A DNA stretch of 64,000 nt from Raillietiella orientalis (Eukaryota): assembly GCA_036172245.1 (NCBI GenBank), contig JAYWIR010000016.1, positions 1,054,001 to 1,118,000 on the forward strand. Reading direction: 5' to 3'. A program made the translations under genes and the position numbers. The notes under the pieces are model-generated. The model was not told where the DNA came from. It did no database searches and saw only the letters and a list, made by a program, of their open reading frames with translations. Positions 49,881 through 61,800 of the stretch are shown here, one piece after another; the first letter of the stretch is position 1, and every line of letters starts with the position of its first letter.

Positions 49881-52800
49881 TCCTGGGAATTATGCCTCCA
49901 GTCCGGTAGGGTGCGCGGGCAGGGGATCGGAAGGAAGCAAAGGGGTGGACGGAGTCCTCGTCTTCAGGGTTCCTGAGCGCGAGGAGGAAAAGCTGCATCC
50001 CGTGAGGAGGACCTTGGGGGTTTCCGCGCCACCATCCCTGGAGGAGAACACTGATCGCTCCGACAGAGGACGACTTCCGGTGCGGAGGGTGGCTGGTCGT
50101 TCCTTGTCTTTCTTTCTTTCTCGTCCTTACGTTCCCGTCCTCTCGTGCACCACGCTCACGGCCCTCATCCCTGACTCCCCACTCCTCTATCCTCTTCACG
50201 GAAGCTCCTGGGCACCCGCTCGCTGGGAGCGCCAATCTGGAGGTCGTCCAAGTCCACACCTGGTTCTTCCCCTCCGTCTGGGAGGAGAGCACCCCCAAGG
50301 GGGTGCTCTCGGATCGCTTGCACTTTCTTCTTTCCAGTTGCCAAGCGAACGGCTCGCCCTTAACGCCAACGTCCCCCCCCTCTCCCTCAGACCGGCCGGC
50401 GGCTCGCGCCATGTGCCGGAGCGCGAGGAAGTCTGGAGCTCTCTGACCACCGCGCTCGAAGGAAGGACTGGGGGAAAGGGGAGGTTGGAGTGGATGACCG
50501 ACGAAATTTGAAGTCGGAGGACCTTCCGGAAAATTTTCTCCATTCACGACCTCTCCCCCTCCGAAGACCCTTTGCGCGACCCTGCCCTATGGAGGACGCC
50601 GTCACCCTTTCCCTCATTTGGAGGGACTGAGCTAAAGGTCGTTTCACCCCTCCTGATTCTCTTTCTCAGGGTTACCCCTCCTTCCTGAGGGCGGTTCTCC
50701 CGTACCTCTCGCACCAAGCCTGCGCGATGGGGTTGGATCGCAGGCCCCCGAAAAGGTCTCCTGCCGGCTCGGGTCTTCTCGTGCTTGGGAATTCCTGACG
50801 TCCCGGAGGACTATGCTGGGGAGGGGGGGGGAGCGATGGGAGGCTGCGCGGACACTGCAGAGGGAGAACTCGAATCGGCTCTCCGACTTTTGGTCCCGAG
50901 GGTGGATACCGTTCAGACCTTCCTTGGAGGTCATCTCCCACAGGATGGGAGGGGCTGGGGAAGAGAAGCGGGAGGGAGGAGCGCCCTCGGGTGGCAACCT
51001 AGAGATCCGGATGAACCCCCTCCGGGCAGCTCTGGAGGGCATCTGGTCTCGGGGCCCTCGGTCGTCTCCGTTGAGGGTCACGGCACTCTTGGCGGGAGGG
51101 GGTGGGTGGGGACAGGTTCCACGGATGGTCCGCTTGCCTCCAGGTCTCCCCCTTCCTTCTGCCCCTGGGAAAGGCGCTGCCGTCCCTGTGGGAGTTCTTT
51201 GGTTCGGCTGTCATCTCCGACCTTCAGCTCCGAACGCTACTGACGACGAGGGTGAGGCAGAGAGGAACTCCCGGGGATTCGTTCTCGAAGTCCGGAGGGC
51301 ATGGGTGATTTCTCTTGGATGGGAGACTCCGAAGGGGCAGATTCGACGTCCTCTGGATGCCGAGAGATCCTCGAGGAGAAATCAATCGCGCCCAGAACGC
51401 AAAGGAGCCATCGGTGGTAGGTAGGCAGCGGGTGGTGGCGGTGATGGAAGTCATCGCAAGCCCCGAGGCCGTGGTCACGACAGAAGCACAGCGACTGAGC
51501 CCTCCTGCTCCTTCCTTCTCACGCTGTCCCGCCTTCTCTGCTCCCGTTCTTGGACCTTCAGTCCGAAAGGGAACCAGGAGGATCCCTAAAATTCTGGGAC
51601 GCGGCAGAGGATCAGAGCCAGTCCATAGGATCCAGGGCAGTGTTTCTGGCAAGAAAAGGAGGAAAGGGGCAGTGAGAAAGAGGGGTGCGTCAACTGGAAG
51701 AAACGCCCCGGGTTCCCTGAGCGCTTCTCTTGGCTGCTGCGGTCTCGAGCTGACGCTCCTCCCGCGCACAGGAAGTTCCCAGGTGTGAATGGGGCGGAGT
51801 GGCGCTTGCCCATCCTTTCGTCTTGAATCCACCTTCCCGGTTTCCTCGGCCTGACTGAGTCTGGGTCTCATCCCTTCAGGTACGAGCACGCGCGACCCGT
51901 AAAGGGTGAGGCCATCATCGAGGTGACCCCCCTGTACAAGTCGAGCAGGCTGCAGCCGGTGTTCACGGAGCCCCTGAGGAGGGTCGTCCCCATTGAGGGA
52001 GTCGCACTGGTCGCCTTCCACCTGGCCAAGGAACTGGGGTAAGGGAGTGGCTCGACCCCTCCTTGCTGTTGCGTCGGAAGCAGGACCCGGGCCATTCCGT
52101 TCTTCCTTCTTCCTTCTCCTCCTTTCCCAGAATTTTCGACGACGACGAGAGGAAGCTGAAGATCTCCGTGCGGATAGAGGAGGCCTTGACCAAGAGAAGG
52201 GAGAATGTCACGGTCACCATGAAGATGGTTAAGAACGTGTACAGCATCCAGCTGATCAAGTCGTCCCCGAGGTTCAAGCCGGGTCTCAAGTTCACAGCAT
52301 CTGTAAGTTGCGTCCTCGCCCTGGAAGACGGACGATTCCCATTCATGCATTTCCGCTCCTGTTGCCGAGGGGTGGAAGCGGTGCTCTTCTGGAGGGGGTT
52401 GCCGATCTGGGAGGCGCCCCCCTTTCGGAAAGATCACGCCCGCGATCCCTGTCCAGATAGTCGCACCCTGTCAGAAAGCTCTAGATATGAGAGAGGGGGA
52501 AGAAACGTGTATCAGAAGTCGTTCTCTCCTTCTGTCAGGGATTAGTTCCCACCTCTGTCTTCCCCCGAGTACCGGACGGGAGGACGGGTGGGGCAGAAGT
52601 CAATTTGGAACGATGTGACTGGGTTTTACCCTCAGGCGCCGTTCGTTCCCTGATCCTGGAGTCTCCCCCTCCCCTTCCTGCTCAGTCCCGGGAGGAGACG
52701 GACTTCCTCCTGCGGGAAAGAAGCGGGGATGTGGAGAGTCTGGTCATTCCCGGAGGGGGAGGAAACGCATGTGTCCTCGCTGAAGAAGGGGGTCGGACCG

Positions 52801-55800
52801 AGTTCGAGGACCAGGAAGGGAGCGGGACGCCGCTTGAAGAGCGAGACGCTGGACACACTTGCCGCGCGCGCTTTTTCGTTGGTCCCGCCTCTACCCTTTC
52901 CCCTTTTTACCGTTTTCCCATTGGTCATCCCGTTTCTCATTGGTCCCTTTCTCTTCCTTCGTTAGCAAACTGCTCCCTTCTCCCCTTTCCTTTTCTCCGC
53001 ACTGAAGAGATGGGAGGAGTACGCGCGCTCAGGAGAGTTCTCCTACCTTTTCTCCCCGTTTTTCTTCCCGGGTCAGCTCTTGTCGACCTCGGGTCGCGGG
53101 AGGGAAAGCTGCGGAGCGAAGCGTAAGTGCGCGGGGGACTGTGCTGCCGGCATAGAGCGGTGGCGGAGAGATGTCCTGCTTAGCGGGGAGAAGGCAGCGT
53201 GGCTGTGCCCTGTTGGTAAGGGGGTCGAGGGAGGAGGGGAGGGGCAAATGAATGAAGTCAGAGGGAAAGGGGGACTCGAGGGGGACCCGGAAGGAGAGAG
53301 AATGGGGGGAGCAGCGGAAGAGGCTTTAAAGAGGAGCGGTTGCAAGAGAAGAGGGTTGGCGGAGGAGGGATAAGGGGAAGAAGGGAGCAAGCGAATGAGG
53401 TCGGGAAAGGCATGAGAGGGAGAGGAATTGAAGAGAACGTTGGACGAGTAAGAGGGAGTCTAGAGAGGGAAGGGCTGAAGGAGGAAGAGGGGGAATCTCA
53501 CCAGAAAGTCGGGATGAGGCGGAAGACGATGGGCCGGACCCCCTCCCGATCCTCTAGTCATCCTTGGACTTTTCTTAAAGGAAACCGGGCGGGGAAACGA
53601 GGAGAACCCGGGTGTTTTCCGATGGTTTTCCTGGAGGGAAGGGTATGTCTTCCCGCGTGGAATCCAAGGGTAGGACGAGGACTGACCTTGCGGGAAGGAC
53701 TTTTCTACCGGCCATTCCCGGAGCCTTTCGGGAAGGTTCCGGAATGATTGGCGATCCTGGAGCGTCCTCCACAAGGGATCCCCGATAGAAAGGCTGGAGA
53801 TGAGAAGCGGACGACGCTCCGCCCGCAGCCGCAGATGACCGGGCCTACATCGCTGGTCCTGTAGAGCAAGGGGGCCTTTCTGCCTGGACGAATAGCTCCG
53901 GTCGGACAGGCGGGAGTGCCCGAGCGGAAGGGACCGTCCGAAGTACCGGGGTACGGTCTGAAGCGAAGGATCAGGGTGAAACGCTCTCTGGACGCTGACT
54001 TTCCCAAGATGCGAGTGGGGAAGGCGGGAACCGGGAGTGAAGAGGGAAAGGTGGTGGTGGTGGTGGTGGTGGTGGGAAGTCACGTCAACTCGAGGGCGTC
54101 ATCTTCCTGCTTCCCGGCAGCTGAAGTTCTCGTACCCCGACGGGAGCCTCGTGAGGGACAGCACCACGCAGGTCGTCGTGCGCCACGGGTTCTCCAACCA
54201 GACGCAGAACTACGCGACGTCCCGCCACTGGATCTCGGAGGAGGGGCTGGTGGCGCTGCACTTCTTCCCGAAGCCCGACGACACCATCTTGGGAATTGAG
54301 GTGCGCATCCTCACAGACGGAGGGAGGGGAAAAGAAGGGAGTCCCCCGTTCCCCACGGGGGCGTCAACATGCTGCTTCCAGGTGTCCTACAAGGACCAGG
54401 TCGAGAGCGTGCAGTTCGTCGAGCGCGAGCGCTCCTTCCGGGACGAGTACATCCAGGCGGAGCTGAAGACCCTTCGCCCCAAGGTAAGCCGACCTCTCCC
54501 CTTCCTCCTCCAAGATCGATCTCCCGACCGCTCCTCCTTCCTTCCCGGCTGCCCTCCTCTCCGAGGTGAAGGACTGGACGCTTTCCAGATCAACGAGGAC
54601 ATCATCGTCGGGGTCAACTCCACTCTGCCGATGCCACAGTTCGTGTACAGCGTGTTCGGGAGGGAGGACCTGGTGTTCGCCCAGACCGTCGAAGGGGGCG
54701 GAGGGCTGAAGACAAAGGAGTTCCACTTCCGGTGCACGCCGGCGATGTCGCCCAAGGCGACGCTCCTCGTCTTTTACGTCACACCCTACGGGCACGTCGT
54801 GACGGATTCCCTGGAAGTGGTGGTGGAGGACACCTTCCTGAACACGGTGAGCCATCACCGTGGTAGAAACAGCAGGGATTTGGTGGGGAGAAACGCACTC
54901 AACCCTCAAGCCATCGGGAGGAGTCATGTGGGCCGGGCGTCTCCCCTTCCTCCCCGGCCTTCCCTCGTGCGAGACAGGGAGGTCCCGTCCTCGCGGTCGC
55001 ATGACACCTTCATTTCCCAGCTCTCCTCAAGAACAGGGACCGCCTTCCCAGACTTCCTGGATCCCGGAAAAAACCACACGGTTCCCATCTCTTACTCTCT
55101 GCTTTTGGACTCTCTAGGGGATCCGAAAGCTGATCGTCCTCTTTCATCCCCGCGCGGACCTATAACCTCTCGCGGATGGGGCGGCACTCGCAAGAGGAGT
55201 GGGGTGGAAAAGAAGGAATCGCGGCCGCTACACGAGGAGGAAGGCGCTCTCTTTTGGCGAACTGAAACTCCGGCCGACCCCTCCGGGCAGCTCTGGAGGG
55301 TCTCAGGAACCTCGGCATGGGAGGGGGGGTGCGGACAGGTTCCGCGGGTAATCCGCTCGCCTTCAGACATTCCCCTCCGTGCTTCACCCCATCCCACCCC
55401 TCAAGCCGCCCGGTCCGCCTCTCCCCTCCGCGGTCGCATCCCGAGGCTTCCCCACTCGGGGAGCGAGGAAGGGGCACGCGCAAAGGGGTGGCTCCTCAAA
55501 CGCTCTGCCGGACAAACTGAGCAACCGGGTGCGCTCCAAGCTCAACTCTCGCCAATTCTTCCCCTCCTCCCTTCTTTTCAGGCTGAGATCGAGGTTCCGC
55601 AGAAGACGGTGGAAGTTGGGCAATCGATGACGCTAACAGTCGTGGCGAAGCCGGACTCCTACGTCGGGCTGATGGGCATCGACGAAGGGGCGGTTCTCCT
55701 CAAGTCCGGGAACGAGATCCTGCAGGTATAACCCCTCCCTTCCCCCCTTCTCCCCTCTCGCTGCTGAGACAGTTCGGATGGGAGGTGCCGCTGCCGCGCA

Positions 55801-58800
55801 GTGGTGCCATCCTTCCGGACCGGAACTGTACTCGTGGCACTTCTCGTGTGCCACCGATTGTTGATGTTGTTGTTGTTTCTGTTGCTGGGGGAGATGGAAA
55901 GGTGGGGTAAGAGGCACAAGCTGTGCCTCCCGCCCCACCTAATTTCGCCGGATCAGTCCACGGACTACCCGGGCCGGGAAGCAGCAGCCATCACCACTTC
56001 ACCATGGCAACGAGAGTGAGGTTTCCGGTGCCACCTTGCGGTTCCTCTGCAAGAAGGAAGCTCACAACCGTACGAGGAGGGAGTGGAGAATTTGGAAGCG
56101 CAAAGAGAGAGGGATCGCAGAAACGGGAAGATGGATACAGCTGAGCATATCTGGGAACGTCCCGGTGTGTCCCAGGGATTTGGGGTCGGATCCCCTTCCG
56201 AAGGACCGCAGTGCCCGAGGAGCGCACGCGAAAGCTCCCTGACTTTGCTTCGCGGATCCTCGTACCCGCGCAGGAGCAGAGCTCCCTCCATGCTTTCGCT
56301 CCTGCGCCCTAATGAAAGGATGTTTGCTTCCAGAAAAAGGTCCTCAGTGCCATCTCCGGAGAGGATTCCCAGGAAGCGTGGCTATCCAGCGGCTTTAAAA
56401 AGGTCAGTTCTCCCAGCGCCCGGCGCTTCGTGCCCTTTCCTGTCAGCCGCCGCTCCAACCTTTCACGTCTTCCCCGCTCTGCTCTGGGAAGCCTTCCGGA
56501 ACTTTGCAGCTGTCTTTGCAGGATGCAGTGATCATGAGCAACGGATTCGTTTCTGGGCAGGAAGACACAGGTAAAGAAGGCCAGATTTCAGCATCGAACC
56601 CGTTCCCTTTCTGAGCGAAACATAAAACACCTGCCAAGGGAGGAGACGATCTCTTCTCCTCCTGACTCCCTCTTCCTTGCCTTCCCTTCCCCGCTCCCCT
56701 TGAGAGAGGAAAAAAAAAGGCGCTCCGCGGTTTTCTGCCTCCTGACTCTTCTCCTTGCGACTCGCTCCGCTTCCGCGAATCGAGCTGTTGCGGCCGCAGG
56801 CGCCTTGCCGAGCGTTTGCTCGTATACGCAAAGCTGTCGCGATGGAAACCGGGCGAATGAAATCTATGCGAACAGTCCTGCTTGCTTCGCGCGGGCTGTC
56901 AGGTGCTGAGAAGACCAGCTTTGGGAGCGCCCAGAGCCTTCCTGTCCGTCGCCGGGCGCCTTCCTTGCCTTGCTTCGGGAGATCTTCTGGCAGACTCTGC
57001 GAGCCGCCGCAACGTGGCTCCAAGTAGAAAGAAAGGAAGGAAAAGAGGAAGAACCGAGGGATACTCCTTGAGCGCAGACGGAGAGGTCAGACGAGGCCGA
57101 AGAGTCTCTCCGATGACCTCGTTTCGCTAAATTTGCTTAAAAAAAGACTGCGCGCTGGATCGAAGTATCGCTCGCAGATGAATCTGGAATGCTGCTGGAG
57201 GAAGCAGCGACGAAAGGATGGACGGGGTGCGGGGGACAGGAGGAGGAGGAGGTCAGGAAAGGAGGAAGAAAAGTGGGGAAAGGCAGACATAGGAGCAGGT
57301 GCGATCCTGGGGAAGGCGAAGGCTGGTGAGGTCTTCAATTAGCTTGAGCACGCGCTTCCTCAGAGTGGACCCGTCCGGGAGGGGGAATGAATCGTCCGAA
57401 GGAGTCCTCCCGCAGGAGGAACCCTCCGCGAGCGAGATCCGGGATTGCTTCCACAAAAACTTGTGCTCCCAACGACCCGCCTCATGTGAAGAGCGCGACC
57501 GACCCCCGGAGGCAGCCGCTTTCACGACGCAGGAGAGACGCCCAGACTCAGACGTCAGATGGGCACGTTGCAACAGCCTCAACCACCGGAAGGCGTCGCA
57601 CGAGGACTGCAGAGAGGACGTCGGGGTCCACCCCCTTGTTCGGGAGGGGCCGGGACTTCCTCCTTCCCAAACTAAGCAGTGCTTCCCTTGGGCAGCCTCC
57701 TTTCGAAATCCTCCACCCCTCCAGGCACCTTCGCGAAACCCTGAGGGAGGACTGACTCATGGAGGGGCCTTCCTTTGGTCTCGGAAAAGCAGGCCCGTTG
57801 CCCCAGCGGTCAGCTGACTGCTCGAGAGGATAGCTTCCGGGAGAAGTTGCTTTCTGGACACGCTGGAGCTCACCGAGGGACAGCTAAGAAGCTGATTCTC
57901 GATCTTGGGGAGGCGGACAGCATGCAAAAATCTGATGCTGAAATCCAAGTAATCCTGATGGATGCACGGCAGAATCTCGCGCGGTTGGAATCCAGACGCT
58001 TGCAGTTTGAGCAAGAGGGGGTAGCGGGCGATTTTTCTGCCCTCTGGCGTTCTTTCCGGAGTTCCTCGCTCTCTTCAGGAGACGCGCGGATGCGGGTTTT
58101 CCTTCATCCCGTGATTTCACATCATCAGATTTTTTCTTTCTTTCCTTTTCTAAAAAAAAAATTTTCTCTTTGCGCTATACCCCGTTGAAGGAGCGGTCCA
58201 TTATGAACCGGAAGACAGGGTCTGTTCTCTTCGCATCCTGACCGAAGTTCTGCTCCTCAGAAGAGGTCCGCTTCCTGCCCACCCGACCTCCACTAGCCGG
58301 TCCCTACGCCTTTTCGAGGATCCCAAGGCCGGTCAACGACAACCCGCTCATGTTCCTCTCGAGGGCCATCAATCCTACCTGGATCTTCGCCAACGGAACC
58401 TCCAAGTAAGCGGCCTCGAGCTGCGGATCCCTGACTCACGAGGTTCGCGACCAGCGCACACAACAGGAAGACGTTCGAGGTCACCGTGCCGGAAAGCATG
58501 GCCACTTGGAGGCTCACGGCGTTTTCTTCCAGCCCCGTCTATGGAATCGGGGTGTCCAAGAATCCCGTCAAGGTGGGCAGGAGGTGGAGAGGGGCAGGCG
58601 GAGATCGATCTTGGCCCTTCCTAGATACAAGCTGTGAAACCTCTCGTGCTGAAGCTCAACGTCCCGGAACGCATCTACATCGGAGAGGTGATCAGTGCGG
58701 AAGTGGGAGTCTTCAACAACTTCAACCGGCAAGCATCCGTGGAGATCGAGTTCCGGATACAGGAGGAGCTGGATTTCATCGAGAGGGACGAGGACTTGGA

Positions 58801-61800
58801 CAAAGACCGAGGTACCTGTTCAGGGACATGAAAAGATGCCGCTCTTCACGTTCCACGTCCCGGCGGAGCAGCCTCCGCACGGACTCTGAAGCGGAGTGTC
58901 AGCTTGAGGGGAGGAGAAGTTCAGGTCCTCAGCTTCCTGCTGAAACCACTGAAAGCTGGCGTCACGGAGCTGCACGTTGAAGGACGCAGCTCTGCAGGGA
59001 CCAGCGTGGCCGAGCGCACCCTGCTCATTAAGGTACAGTTTGGGCTGCCTTTCCTCTCGCGAGCGTCTGCTGCGCCCTCCTGACGGTTCCGTTTCTTTCA
59101 TCTTGCATGTTCGCCTGCCTCGTCCGTGACAACGAGCGTCTCGGAAGGCGGGAGAAAGAGCGTGCAAGAAGAAAGAGCGAACGGAACGAGATGTAAAAAC
59201 AGTACTGAAAGCAGTTTTAACTTTCCAGAGCGAAGGGGATCTTATAGAGAAAAATCTGGTGATCTGGATAGATTTGGAGAAGAATGGTGCATTCGAAAGG
59301 AACTTCACCGTACCTCTTCCGAAACAGATAGTCCCCAACTCATCCTTCGTAATGGTCGCTGGAGCTGGTACGTGTTTTTTTATTTTGGTCCATCTTGCGA
59401 CGTGGTAAATTATCGGGAATCGCTCTGAGGTGTGACCCCAGCCGTGTACATCACGTGTACATCCGTGGGTTCGAATGCACCTCCGAGTCCCGGAGCGCCT
59501 TACTCGCCTTAAGTGCCGCCATCTTCTCGTTCACTTGCGGTGTTCCACCGTCTTCGAACGAATTTTGAAACCGAACCGATGCCGCCGGGCCTGCTACACC
59601 GGAGCAGAGGTCTGCAATGATTTCCATATGGTCACTGCCATGGAAATAGCAGGCGGAATACTTCCAGCAGCATTCTTTTGAACCAGAGTCAATTTTTACA
59701 CTATGTACAAGCAGATCTCCCATTCTATGCTGTTTACGATTATCAACAACCTTAATAATCTCCAATGGAATCGTTTGGAGAACAGCATTCACATAGGGAA
59801 GTCACTGCAGGGATTCCATTCACCATGGTTTGGTGAAAAATGTTGAAGTGATGCAAAGGAATGCAACTTCAGTCGATGCTAATTCGGGGACACTTGACCG
59901 AAACGGAAAGATCTTCAAGTGCAAACTGATACGACAGGAAATGGCTTTATATTTGTGACCATCCTGTCTGTTTTTCATGGCGGCAAGAAAAAGATGGTTG
60001 GTTGTGTACTGTGTACATTCGCGTCACTCCCTATGTTCCTATGGCTTCCTCATCAGTGTACGTGTTACACACGCAGACAGCAGAAAGAGTATCTTTTAAA
60101 AAAGAATCCTCATCACATTATGCATTGCATGGATAGTTAGGAATGTAATAATGCGATGAAACGTCATTTGGATGATGGAGTAGTAGAGTAGCATTTACAG
60201 AATAACCTCAGTGGTTTCTAGGAGTTGGACCTTTTTTTTTTTTTTTTTTACAAAAAAAATATGCATTTCCAATTTAAATTTCAATAAGATAATCTCTCTA
60301 CTAGCCCTTCAAAATTACAAATGTACTGTGGCTTGTTTGTCTCTCCGAATGATTCTACTGACTGACCAGGATCAATCTCAAATTTATAGGATGACTAATT
60401 TTGCCACTTGAATTTTCTTCGAAATGATGAACGAGGAAATTTTCATTTGAAAGGGAAGGAGGGATTGGTCTCCATGAAGACTTCCAGCATACGCATGAGC
60501 ATAATTTCGGACCTTTAAACACAGACGTTGCCATGCTCAGGAAGTCAGGTTCACCTCAGGGGGGTCGGTCACCAAGCGAGTTTGCGAGACAGATTCGAAT
60601 TTTCGTCAGTGTGTCTTTTCGATGATTTCAGTTTTACGCGTAATGAGTTCATGATGAGCTTTGCTAGCTGTTCTTAAGGAAGCATCGCGCTCATAGGTAT
60701 GGGGTGTACACATACCTTCCTAGTGTGTATACACATACATTCGCAAGTATAACCTGCATGCAGGGAAATGCAGCTTACTTTGAATTAAGCAGTTTTCCAT
60801 TTTGTTATCGACACCTTGTGGCGATCTCAAAGCTACACCAGAGGAAAGTAACGACGTGATGCGAAGATGCTGCTCACCCCAGGGTCGCCATCGCAAGCTC
60901 GACATTCCTGTTGTTGAATCCTACATTTGTCCGTTTCTCCCACGCTCGCATCACCAGGAAAACGAAATGCAATTGAAAACGGCCTCTCCGGTTCCGATCA
61001 CCCTCGTTGCATTTTTCAGCGGATCCGATGGCGCCTGTAGCTTCGAACATCGGTAAGCTCATGGAACCAGATTTAAGCAGCGGAGAGCATACGCTTGTGA
61101 ATTTCCTGCCAAATATCTTTCTGGTCGACTATCTTAAGGTAAGGCACACTTGCACGTTTCGTTATTTCTGCTGTGACTCGAAGAAAACAAACCAACTGAG
61201 TCGAACGATACTCTCGAGAGTCATGGACGTCATGGAACAAGCTTATCAAACGCATGTATCTTTTCGGCACGAAGACGGATCGTTCAGCACCTTCGGCAGT
61301 CGTGACCAAAGCGGGAGTGTTCTGTAAGGAAGGTCGGATGCACAGATGCGGGAACTGGGAGGCTTCCCCCCCCCCCCCCAGTTTCACCGCTCTTACTGTG
61401 TCGTCATTAAATCGAGCAGAGGCTCATCTTAAACTTCAAAATTCCGTCGTCGACGATGCGATAGAATGGCTCCTTTCCCGGCAGACAGTAGAAGGGAAAT
61501 TCACAGAGTATGGCCCCATAACCGTTCAGTACATCCAGCGTGGTGAAAGAGATGTACCACTCACTGCGATGGTGCTCCAAACCCTCTTGGCAGTGCAAGT
61601 AAGTCCATTTGCAGTTCGAAAGGCATTCCACTCCAAAATGCATTGTTTGATCAAATATAAGGAACCAAACAGTGCCATTTGGAGGAATTTAAAAAGGGAT
61701 GACGGGTCCCTGTATGCATTTGGAATATGACGATGCTTTCGCCCACCCCCATTTACCGTCCTCAAAACAAACAAACGAAAACAAAAACAATTCCAATTTG

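Noticed and set aside
23800..59100. GC-rich block as bacterial contamination or horizontal transfer
   Set aside because: There are no operon-like genes. It contains spliceosomal exons of a gene that continues in frame into the AT-richer flank, plus eukaryotic TE remnants.
59451..59900. 113-aa minus ORF or Tc1/mariner-like fragment in a TEP intron
   Set aside because: Only a faint resemblance (WNPCSDF, LQTIPLEIIKVVDN) and no TIRs, which is too little to call.
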